Shown piece after piece: positions 17,336-25,337 of a stretch of 32,000 nt of DNA. The stretch is from Patescibacteria group bacterium (GTDB lineage Bacteria; Patescibacteriota; UBA1384; XYA2-FULL-43-10). A model generated the notes under the pieces. That model was not told the origin of the DNA. It did not search any database and worked only from the letters and a program-made list of their open reading frames with translations. The stretch is from NCBI GenBank assembly GCA_041674405.1, contig JBAYVT010000002.1, positions 30,001-62,000 of the forward strand, given 5' to 3'. The first letter of the stretch is position 1; every line of letters starts with the position of its first letter. The position numbers and the translations under genes are program-made.

Positions 17336-18249
17336 AATTTGAAGAATTAAAGAAAATACTAGCAAGTAAAATAGAATTTAAAGATTTTGACGACCCTGAT
17401 GTCGTAAAAATTAATGCCGGTATAGTAAGTAATCATAAATATAAAATTAAAAGCCACAATTCGAGTTTTTTTGTAAAAGAGATCAAAGACAACGAGGCAA
17501 ATATTCTCAAAATATTAGATATGATTGATCTAGATTTCTATCCCAAAATCTTATATCTTGATCTACTCGATAAAAATATCCTCGTCTCCGAATTTATTGA
17601 GGGTGACGCACTGCAATCTTGGGAGATTCAGGACAATCTTCTGCTAGGTTTTACCCAAATGCAAAATTTGATGAATAATATTAGTTTCCTCAAAGAAAAA
17701 GAAATATTTGGTATTTCGAATTTTAGCGAAACTGATGGTGGTTTTTTCCGAAATCAAATAACAGAAAATTTTTTATATGGATTGGAAACACTTGATGACT
17801 TGTCAAAAACTAATTTGCCAATCGTAAAAAAACACTTCGAGTTGGTATCTTTTTTGAAGAAAGATAAGCAAAAAATATTTGATGATTTTTCAAACATGCC
17901 GTTTGCGAGGCAACATCACGATTTCAAGCAGGACAACATCATTGGAAATCCACAAAAATTGGTTGATTGGGGATCTTCTTATGGATATGGGCCATTTTTG
18001 TTTGATCTTGCTCCTTTTTTGTTAAACAATAAAAACCAATTAGAACTATACAAATCAAAATCAGATGTCTGCAAGGGCTTTACAGACCGCCAGATAAATC
18101 GCTGGCTTTATGTCGCCGCTGTAGCAAGATATATGGAAGATTTGAGATATAGAATTAGCGATAATGGATGGAATTCGTCTAAAGAAAAATGCGAACGCTT
18201 TCTTGAGAGCGAGTATGATAATTATCAGTCATTGCTTGATAAAATATAG
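17332..18249 (+). CDS. APH/choline-kinase-fold phosphotransferase-like protein embedded in the hydrogenase operon
   Basis: FFVKEIK (beta3 Lys). Hinge VSEFIEGD. Catalytic loop HHDFKQDN matches HxDxxxxN. Metal-binding LVDWG. The ATG at 17332 forms an ATGA overlap with the hydD stop, with AGGA 6 nt upstream. The track alternative is 17311. Confidence 0.75.
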   Translation: MKFEELKKILASKIEFKDFDDPDVVKINAGIVSNHKYKIKSHNSSFFVKEIKDNEANILKILDMIDLDFYPKILYLDLLDKNILVSEFIEGDALQSWEIQDNLLLGFTQMQNLMNNISFLKEKEIFGISNFSETDGGFFRNQITENFLYGLETLDDLSKTNLPIVKKHFELVSFLKKDKQKIFDDFSNMPFARQHHDFKQDNIIGNPQKLVDWGSSYGYGPFLFDLAPFLLNNKNQLELYKSKSDVCKGFTDRQINRWLYVAAVARYMEDLRYRISDNGWNSSKEKCERFLESEYDNYQSLLDKI

Positions 18250-18271
18250 CTAAAATTTCAGGAGATAGATC

Positions 18272-19519
18272 ATGAGTTCATCAGTTCCCAAAATTGAAGG
18301 ACACGCTACTTTTTACGCCCATCTTCGTGCCGGAAAAGTTGACAAGGCCAGAATTATTGGCCTTGATGGAGATCGGTTTGTTGAAAAAATATTATTCGGG
18401 CGCAGCTATATGGAAGTACCAGTAATTACCTCTCGCATCTGTGGTATATGCCCCGTAATTCACAATGTTACCTCAACCAAAGCTGTGGAAAATGCTCTCG
18501 ATATCAAGGTTTCCGAACAAGTAGAAACACTGCGGAAACTAATGCTCTGTGGCCAGATGGTTCAGAGCCACTCGCTTCATCTATACCTTCTGGTTCTTCC
18601 CGATTTCATGGGAATGTCTTCCTCTTTCGAGCTTCAAAAAAAGCACCCGGATATTTTTGCCGATGCAGTTGCCCTAAAATCATATGCCGATAGTATTATT
18701 GAGATAATCGGAGGCAGGGCAGTTCATCCGGTTTCGAACGTACCTGGCGGTTTCAAAAAATTTCCGGAAATTTCTGAATTACGGAAATTACTGGAAGAAA
18801 GTAAAAAGATGACCGATCTTGGGATTAAAACATTAAAGCTTTTTCAGTCATTTAATTATCCTGAAATTTCCCGCAAGATAATTTACTCGGCGTTGTCTGA
18901 CCTGAATGAATATGCTTTCTATGGCGGAGAAATCAAGACCACGAGCGGTGAGAATTTTAAAGCAAAAGATTATAAAAAATATATTTACGAAGAAATTCTG
19001 CCATATAATCGTGCGAAATTTGGAACGCTCAAGGGCAAAGAAATGATGGTTGGCGCAATTGCCCGGATTAATCTCAACAAGAAACAATTGGAAAAAGAAA
19101 TTGGAAGTTTGAAGGAACTTGGTGTAGGTGAAGAGCTGTCCGATAATCCATTCGGTAACATAATTGCCCAAGCAATTGAAAACTATTATTTTATCGTAAA
19201 ATCAGAAGCGATAATTGAAAAATTAATTAAAGAGGGTATTTCCGAAGAGTCAATAGTTGAACCAAAAAAAATTGATGAAGGAGTTGCTGCTTGCGAAGCA
19301 CCGCGTGGAACGCTGTTTCACTACTACAAATTTGACAAAGAAGGTATGCTTGAAAAGTGTGATATTGTTACGCCAACCGTACAAAATCTGCCAGCATTGG
19401 AATATGACATGAAAAAACTCGGCCCCTTTCTCAAGGACTTGGACGAAACAGAGAGAACAGAAATGATTGAGATGCTTATTCGTTCATATGACCCATGCAT
19501 CACTTGCGCCACACATTAA
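18272..19519 (+). CDS. hydA: [NiFe]-hydrogenase large (alpha) subunit
   Basis: KIEGH. L1 motif RICGICPVIH. QSHSLHLY. GGRAVHP. The C-terminal DPCITCATH is followed directly by TAA. Confidence 0.92.
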   Translation: MSSSVPKIEGHATFYAHLRAGKVDKARIIGLDGDRFVEKILFGRSYMEVPVITSRICGICPVIHNVTSTKAVENALDIKVSEQVETLRKLMLCGQMVQSHSLHLYLLVLPDFMGMSSSFELQKKHPDIFADAVALKSYADSIIEIIGGRAVHPVSNVPGGFKKFPEISELRKLLEESKKMTDLGIKTLKLFQSFNYPEISRKIIYSALSDLNEYAFYGGEIKTTSGENFKAKDYKKYIYEEILPYNRAKFGTLKGKEMMVGAIARINLNKKQLEKEIGSLKELGVGEELSDNPFGNIIAQAIENYYFIVKSEAIIEKLIKEGISEESIVEPKKIDEGVAACEAPRGTLFHYYKFDKEGMLEKCDIVTPTVQNLPALEYDMKKLGPFLKDLDETERTEMIEMLIRSYDPCITCATH

Positions 19520-19534
19520 TACAGAAATGAATAG

Positions 19535-19567
19535 CCCCAAAGGGGACCGTTCGGGTCGAATCTGAAC
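19535..19567 (+). other. two adjacent short hairpins after hydA (CCCC-AAA-GGGG; GTTCGG-GTCGAAT-CTGAAC)
   Basis: Seen directly in the sequence. The second hairpin has a T-arm-like 7-nt loop. No U-tract follows. Confidence 0.4.
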
Positions 19568-19625
19568 CAATAGCAAATATACGAATTATTAGTAAATTAA
19601 CCATCAGTATATTAGCAATCGATTT

Positions 19626-20507
19626 ATGAATGCAATCATTGAAATCAAAAAACTGACAAAATATTATGGCAAAACCCTCGGGATTAAAAGCCTTGATTTG
19701 GATGTAATTGAAGGAGAAATATTTGGTTTTATCGGGCCAAATGGCGCTGGCAAATCTACAACGATCAGGCTTTTGCTAGATTTAATTCGGCCAACAGCGG
19801 GAAGTGCAAAAATTTTTGGCAAAGATATCCACCGCCATAGTGTGGAGCTTAAACAAGATATCGGCTATTTGCCAGGAGAAATATTTTTGCCGGAAAATCT
19901 CACCGGTAAAAGCTGTATTAATTATTTTAAATCCTTCAAGGAAACAATTGATGACAGATATCTTAAAGATTTAAAATCTCGTTTTGAATTTGATGATAAG
20001 AAAAAGATTTCCCAGTATTCCAAAGGCAATAAGCAAAAATTAGCAATAATTTTAGCCCTGATGCACAAGCCGAAACTCCTAATTCTAGACGAACCGACAA
20101 GCGGGCTCGACCCCTTAAACCAGCAAGAATTTTACAAGGTTATCACCGAAACAAAGGAGTGGAGAACAACAACTTTTTTCTCAACTCATATTTTGGATGA
20201 GGCTGAATTTCTTTGCGATCGAGTCGGAATCATTAAGGATGGCCGTCTGCTCCAGATTGAAGACATCGACAAATTTAAAGAAAAAAATATTCGTGAAATA
20301 AATCTGGAAACCACCGCAGATATTCCTCTTTCGGCCTTGAAAATTGATGGCGTCGAAAAGACGGAAAAAACTGATCATGGCTATCGCCTAATCACCAAGG
20401 GCCATAACGGCGAATTGATAAAAATCATTTCGAAATTTGCAATCGATGACATTAAAATATCCGAACCATCGCTTGAAGAAATATTTATGCATTTTTACGA
20501 AAAATAA
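19626..20507 (+). CDS. ABC transporter ATP-binding protein (ABC-2 type)
   Basis: Walker A GPNGAGKST. Signature YSKGNKQK. Walker B LLILDEPTSGLD. Confidence 0.9.
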   Translation: MNAIIEIKKLTKYYGKTLGIKSLDLDVIEGEIFGFIGPNGAGKSTTIRLLLDLIRPTAGSAKIFGKDIHRHSVELKQDIGYLPGEIFLPENLTGKSCINYFKSFKETIDDRYLKDLKSRFEFDDKKKISQYSKGNKQKLAIILALMHKPKLLILDEPTSGLDPLNQQEFYKVITETKEWRTTTFFSTHILDEAEFLCDRVGIIKDGRLLQIEDIDKFKEKNIREINLETTADIPLSALKIDGVEKTEKTDHGYRLITKGHNGELIKIISKFAIDDIKISEPSLEEIFMHFYEK

Positions 20508-20604
20508 CTAATAGCTAGAAACTAAAATGTAAAATCTAAGGATGGGTCGTTAAATAATTGTTTTGATAAAATATGGTTTTAAGTTTTAACATTTAAGTTA
20601 TTAC

Positions 20605-21408
20605 ATGGATAATATGATCGCAATAATGTACAGAAAATTTATTGACCAAGCGATTTCACTTCTATATTATTTTGGCGGCCTACTCGCCTACTCCTGGATG
20701 ATGATCGCCATGTTTCCAACAATGAAGACGGCAGATCTGGCCGGTATTTACAACCAATTTCCCAAAGAATTTCTAAAGTTTTTTGGCGCCAACGGGATTG
20801 AAAGCATGGGAACGGTAGAAGGTTTTTTATCTATAGAATTTCTTTCGCTGTTTTTTATACTAATTATCGCTTTTTATATCGGCTCGTCCGCCGGATCAAC
20901 CATAGCTGGCGCAATCGAAAAAAGGACAATGGATTTTCAGCTATCACAGCCAATTTCTCGGGCTAAGCTTTTACTCAGTGAGACAATCGTCGGGCTCCTC
21001 AACACTGCACTTTTGGTATTTGCCACTTCAGGCAGTATCTATATTCTTGCAAAGGCATACGATGTTTCAATGAGCACTCGGGGAATCTTCGTTTTTGCTT
21101 TTGTGGCGATAATATTCTTATGGGCATTTTACGGGTTAGCAGTTTTGATTTCTTCCATCTTGCGCAGCAAAATCACCGTTGCCTCGATAACGGTATCTAT
21201 TATCATGGGCTTGTATATATTGAATGCTCTTTCGAAAATCGTGGATAAACTGGCAAAGATCGAAAAATACACATTGTTTAATATGTATAATCCACAAAAA
21301 CTTTTGACCGATCACATCATAAACTGGCACCAGATCGAATTCTTGCTTTTAGTTCTTGTGGTTGGAATAATTAGTTCAATATTGATATTTAATAATAAAG
21401 ATATCTAG
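20605..21408 (+). CDS. ABC-2-family transporter permease
   Basis: 267 aa with ~6 TM segments, directly downstream of the ATPase. Confidence 0.65.
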   Translation: MDNMIAIMYRKFIDQAISLLYYFGGLLAYSWMMIAMFPTMKTADLAGIYNQFPKEFLKFFGANGIESMGTVEGFLSIEFLSLFFILIIAFYIGSSAGSTIAGAIEKRTMDFQLSQPISRAKLLLSETIVGLLNTALLVFATSGSIYILAKAYDVSMSTRGIFVFAFVAIIFLWAFYGLAVLISSILRSKITVASITVSIIMGLYILNALSKIVDKLAKIEKYTLFNMYNPQKLLTDHIINWHQIEFLLLVLVVGIISSILIFNNKDI

Positions 21409-21462
21409 CTATTTGGTTAACGAGATCGGCGATTCGTATAAAATTTATCCGTTCGCCATATT

Positions 21463-22251
21463 TTATGGTTTCCTAGAAACGAAAACTAATCCGATCGGGT
21501 AGGTTTTTGGAAACTTAGGTTGTTTTTCAAGAAGTTCGGCGGTTACTTCCGGCTCTAACATTTTTTCAACCACAAACCCCGCTTTAATCAAAGAATTAAA
21601 ATAATCAGAAATCGGCCGTTGATAATGTTCAATCTCGTAAACCTTTTGGTATTTTTGAGCAACATCAACATCCCGAATCTTACTGTTGTCCATTGTAAAT
21701 TTCGAGTATCCCCTACTAAAATACCCTTTCGATCCCCGAATGGTCCTCTCTTTCCCGTCGGCTTGTCCCCGCAAATAGGTAACGAGATCCCATACAGGGT
21801 GAGTGATTGCAAACAAAAACCGTCCTCCGTTTTTCAAGGTTTTAAAAGCCTGGGACGTAACAAAGTCAATCTCTTCGAGTTCGTTCAGCAAGAAACCTGA
21901 AAAAATTACATCTACGGAATTCGGTTTTATTTTCCAGGGTTTGGTAACATCTTGTTCAATAAATTCGGCTATATTGGTCTGAACTCTTTTTCTCGCAAAA
22001 TCCAAATTATGGGGAGATATGTCGATTAGAATTAGTCGATCTGGGTTCTGACCCTCAATTTGCGAACTGAAATAACCGTTGCCGCACCCCAAATCAACCA
22101 CCGTCTTCCCGTTTAACGTTCCAATCTCAGATAATAATTGCGGGTTGAGCACATATTGTTTGTAGACCCCGCCATTATCTCCGGTCGCTTCGTTCCAAAA
22201 ACTCGCAAATTCAGGATCTAAATATGCAGAAATCGCATTATTCTGTGTCAT
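21463..22251 (-). CDS. class I SAM-dependent methyltransferase
   Basis: Motif I VVDLGCGNGYFS. Post-I LIDIS. NGGRFLF motif. Its start overlaps the hypC stop by 14 nt. Confidence 0.8.
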   Translation of the reverse strand: MTQNNAISAYLDPEFASFWNEATGDNGGVYKQYVLNPQLLSEIGTLNGKTVVDLGCGNGYFSSQIEGQNPDRLILIDISPHNLDFARKRVQTNIAEFIEQDVTKPWKIKPNSVDVIFSGFLLNELEEIDFVTSQAFKTLKNGGRFLFAITHPVWDLVTYLRGQADGKERTIRGSKGYFSRGYSKFTMDNSKIRDVDVAQKYQKVYEIEHYQRPISDYFNSLIKAGFVVEKMLEPEVTAELLEKQPKFPKTYPIGLVFVSRKP

Positions 22252-22471
22252 GGTGGTCCATTTCTTTATGGGTTTTTATAAATTTTAAGTTCTCTTTTGC
22301 TTCGGTTTCGGAGATTTTTGAAAGTGCCCTGCCGTCGTGCATCAAAATCCAATCCCCGACTTTAGGATTTTGAACTAGAGAAATATCGGCCTTGTATTCT
22401 TCACCCTCATAATCAAAAAGGGCAATTGCCCCTTTGATTTCTTTGATTTTTCCAGGTATTGCTAAACACAT
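22238..22471 (-). CDS. hypC: hydrogenase maturation chaperone HypC/HupF
   Basis: MCLAIPGKIKEI... with the essential Cys2. GDWILMHDG. I place the start at 22471 rather than the track start at 22492, because HypC needs an N-terminal Met-Cys. Confidence 0.85.
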   Translation of the reverse strand: MCLAIPGKIKEIKGAIALFDYEGEEYKADISLVQNPKVGDWILMHDGRALSKISETEAKENLKFIKTHKEMDHHDTE

Positions 22472-22527
22472 GGTCACTACACTCCAAATCAAAAATCAAA
22501 ATTTAAAAATCAAAAAATTGGAATTAT

Positions 22528-23526
22528 TTATTTTGAATTTGTTACCCGCTCCACCATATCCACAAGCCTCTCTGAGTATCCCCACTCGTTGTCATACCAG
22601 GCAATTATTTTAACAAGATCTCCACCGATCACGCATGTTAATGGTAGGTCGACTATCGATGAATATGGATTTTGTTTAAGGTCGCTTGATACCAGCGGCT
22701 CTTCTGAAACCTGAATTATTCCTTTGTGGCTGCCATCTGCAGCCTTTTTAAGTGCTTCATTAATATCATCGACTGAAACTTTTTTGGAAAGAACCGCAAC
22801 GATATCAGAGAGCGAAACCACCGGGGATGGAACACGGATCGATAAGCCGTCAAATTTATTCTTAAGCTTGGGTATTGTCAAAGTCGCTGCTATTGCCGCA
22901 CCTGTCGTAGTCGGAACAATATTTTGGGCTGCAGCGCGAGCCCGGCGCAGGTCTTTATGCGGACCGTCAACCAAATTTTGGTCAGCCGTATAGGAATGAA
23001 TCGTTGTCATCATTGATTTTTCAACGCCAAATTCATCCTCAATCACCTTCATCACCGGCGCGATACAATTGGTTGTACAGGAAGCATTTGAGACAATACT
23101 CTCGTCATCGTATTTATCAGCATTAGCGCCGATCACGAAAGTCGGAACCGAATCATCCTTTGCCGGCGCGGACAAAACAACTTTTTTGGCGCCGGCTTCC
23201 AAATGGGCTTTTGCCAAATCATTAGTCAAAAATATACCGGTCGACTCGATGACAACATCGATATCAAGTACTTTCCATGGCAAAGCTCCCGGATTTTTCT
23301 CCGAAAGGTAATGGATTTTCTTGTTATTGACGATAATCTCATTATCAGAAAAGCCAACTTCCCGGTCGTAAATACCGTAGCATGTGTCGTATTTTAAAAG
23401 ATGGGCTTGGGTTTCTGCCGGGCACAGGTCATTTAAAGCGACAAGCTCAACATTCGGCCGGTCCAAAATTATCTTCGCCGCCGCCCGGCCGATCCGTCCA
23501 AAGCCATTAATTGCTACTCGCAGCAT
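22528..23526 (-). CDS. gap: glyceraldehyde-3-phosphate dehydrogenase
   Basis: MLRVAINGFGRIGR. Catalytic SNASCTTNC. WYDNEWGYS. The start at 23526 is preceded by AAGGAGGTG. The 39-codon upstream extension in the track looks spurious. Confidence 0.93.
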   Translation of the reverse strand: MLRVAINGFGRIGRAAAKIILDRPNVELVALNDLCPAETQAHLLKYDTCYGIYDREVGFSDNEIIVNNKKIHYLSEKNPGALPWKVLDIDVVIESTGIFLTNDLAKAHLEAGAKKVVLSAPAKDDSVPTFVIGANADKYDDESIVSNASCTTNCIAPVMKVIEDEFGVEKSMMTTIHSYTADQNLVDGPHKDLRRARAAAQNIVPTTTGAAIAATLTIPKLKNKFDGLSIRVPSPVVSLSDIVAVLSKKVSVDDINEALKKAADGSHKGIIQVSEEPLVSSDLKQNPYSSIVDLPLTCVIGGDLVKIIAWYDNEWGYSERLVDMVERVTNSK

Positions 23527-24289
23527 CCACCTCCTTCGGGATAACAACGTCACCTTTAAAACTTTTATTTGCTGCCCAAATGCGGCAGATTTCGACAAAT
23601 ACACTTGCTCTAAGGCTGGCACTGCCAACCAAGACTCCATCAATCAACGGCGATTTAGCAAAATTTAATATTTTTTCATGGTCTATGCTGCCACCATACA
23701 AAATTGGGCTTTCTCGGAATATCACTTCGCGAAGTTTGGCCACTGCTTTTTCTGCATGTTCGACCGGTGCGGCATTGTGATTGCCAATTGCCCATACGGG
23801 CTCGTAAGCCACAACAATATCCTTGTATTTGTTTTTTGGAACATGAGTCAAGGCCTCTTCAAGCTGGTCGGCAGCATCGGACAGGGGGGCGCTTTTCGTT
23901 TTCTCGCCAACACAAATGATTGGAGACAATCCGTGTTTTAAGGCTGCTAACACTTTTTCATTAACATCAAAATCTGTCTCGCCAAAATGAGCCCGGCGTT
24001 CCGAATGTCCGACAATTACGTATTTGCAAACATCGCGAATCATAATCGGCGAGATTTCACCGGTGTAAGGACCCTCATCTTCATAAAACATATTTTGGGC
24101 CCCTAGGTTAACCTTTCCGTCTCTTTTCAAAATTTCTGATAGTTCAGAAAGCCAGATCACTGGCGGGCAGACCACGACCTCGACTCCATCAAGACTGGCA
24201 ACAGAGTTTCTGATTGAGGTCGCTAAAATATACGCATCAGATGCCCGCGTATACATCTTCCAGTTCGCAACAACCATCGGCCGTCTCAT
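23507..24289 (-). CDS. tpiA: triosephosphate isomerase
   Basis: VVANWKM, VGHSERR, AYEPVWAIG and YGGS motifs. The last 20 nt overlap the gap start. Confidence 0.92.
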   Translation of the reverse strand: MRRPMVVANWKMYTRASDAYILATSIRNSVASLDGVEVVVCPPVIWLSELSEILKRDGKVNLGAQNMFYEDEGPYTGEISPIMIRDVCKYVIVGHSERRAHFGETDFDVNEKVLAALKHGLSPIICVGEKTKSAPLSDAADQLEEALTHVPKNKYKDIVVAYEPVWAIGNHNAAPVEHAEKAVAKLREVIFRESPILYGGSIDHEKILNFAKSPLIDGVLVGSASLRASVFVEICRIWAANKSFKGDVVIPKEVDAASSN

Positions 24290-24308
24290 ATTCCCTCGCT
24301 TTAAGAAC

Positions 24309-25337
24309 TTATTTCACTCTTACATTATTATATAGCTTAATAATCATCTTTGCCAATTTAGTATTATCGTGGTACAAAGGCTTTTTTTCATCAACCAAAT
24401 CCGCTCTAGAGATTTTCACTCCAGATATTTTCTCGTTTTCTGTTGTGATATTATAGACTTCACCAAGTTTTGATGATTGTTTTGACTTCTTTATTACATG
24501 GCTATTTACTAAGCAATAATCAAAAATTTTGCCTGGGGCATGTTTTTTTATTGCTGCAATGTGATCAGAGACAGAGTAATTTTCTGTCTCTCCTCTCTCG
24601 GTTGAAATGTTTGCAATATATATTTTCAGCGCTATTTTGTTAGATAATATGGCTTTTTTAATTCCAGGTATCAACAGGTTTGGAATTACACTAGTATACA
24701 AACTCCCTGGTCCCAAAAGGATCAAATCTGCCTCATTAATCGCCTGGACCGCTTTTTCATACGCCCTCACTTTGTCTTTATTTAAAAAGACAATATTAAT
24801 TTTTTTTCCAGCTTGTGGAATCTTATCTTCCCCCAAAATTTTTTTTCCGCCAGCATACACAGCACCAATTTTAATATTATCCAGTGTGGCTGGTAAAATT
24901 TTTCCCGCCGTGCGAAAAATCGTGGAGGTTGCCTCTATTGCCTGTTCGAATGATCCTAGATGCTTAGTTAGGGCTGCAATCCAAATATTTCCAAGCGTAT
25001 GGTTTGATAAGGATTTATTTTTCCCAGGAAATCGATATTCCAATATTTTGGATAATATTTCTCCATCTTCCGCCAACGCTGAAATACATTTACGGATATC
25101 TCCTGGTGGCAAAATATCAAATTCTTTCCTGATTACTCCCGTGGAAGAGCCGTCATCAGTCACAGCCACAATTGCTGAAATGTTATTAGAATATTTTTTA
25201 AGCCCGGATAATAAAACGGATAAACCCGTGCCACCACCGATTGCGGCAATTTTAATATCACTTCCAGCAAGAAGACGAGGGTCGTTAGGCTCGTAAACGA
25301 GATTTCTCCACCATGTTTTGAAAAAGCTTTCTCTCAT
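24309..25337 (-). CDS. YvcK/CofD-family protein (gluconeogenesis-factor-like, UPF0052)
   Basis: IAAIGGGTGLSVLLSGLKKY...AIVAVTDDGSSTG...PPGDIRKC. Confidence 0.85.
   Translation of the reverse strand: MRESFFKTWWRNLVYEPNDPRLLAGSDIKIAAIGGGTGLSVLLSGLKKYSNNISAIVAVTDDGSSTGVIRKEFDILPPGDIRKCISALAEDGEILSKILEYRFPGKNKSLSNHTLGNIWIAALTKHLGSFEQAIEATSTIFRTAGKILPATLDNIKIGAVYAGGKKILGEDKIPQAGKKINIVFLNKDKVRAYEKAVQAINEADLILLGPGSLYTSVIPNLLIPGIKKAILSNKIALKIYIANISTERGETENYSVSDHIAAIKKHAPGKIFDYCLVNSHVIKKSKQSSKLGEVYNITTENEKISGVKISRADLVDEKKPLYHDNTKLAKMIIKLYNNVRVK

Noticed and set aside
22472-22492. 7-codon N-terminal extension of hypC (MIWSVVT)
   Set aside because: HypC function requires Cys at position 2 after the initiator Met, and MCLAIPG begins at 22471.
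23527-23643. 39-codon N-terminal extension of gap in the ORF track
   Set aside because: The canonical MLRVAINGFGRIGR start at 23526 has an AAGGAGGTG SD. The extension lies wholly inside tpiA coding sequence.
24607-25296. 229-aa plus-strand ORF entirely inside the yvcK-like gene
   Set aside because: It is an antisense shadow ORF. Its product is low-complexity (Pro/Ser/Ile-rich) with no recognisable motif, whereas the minus-strand frame carries clear YvcK/CofD signatures. The frame stays open only because the sense Tyr/His/Gln codons happen to follow codons ending in a purine.
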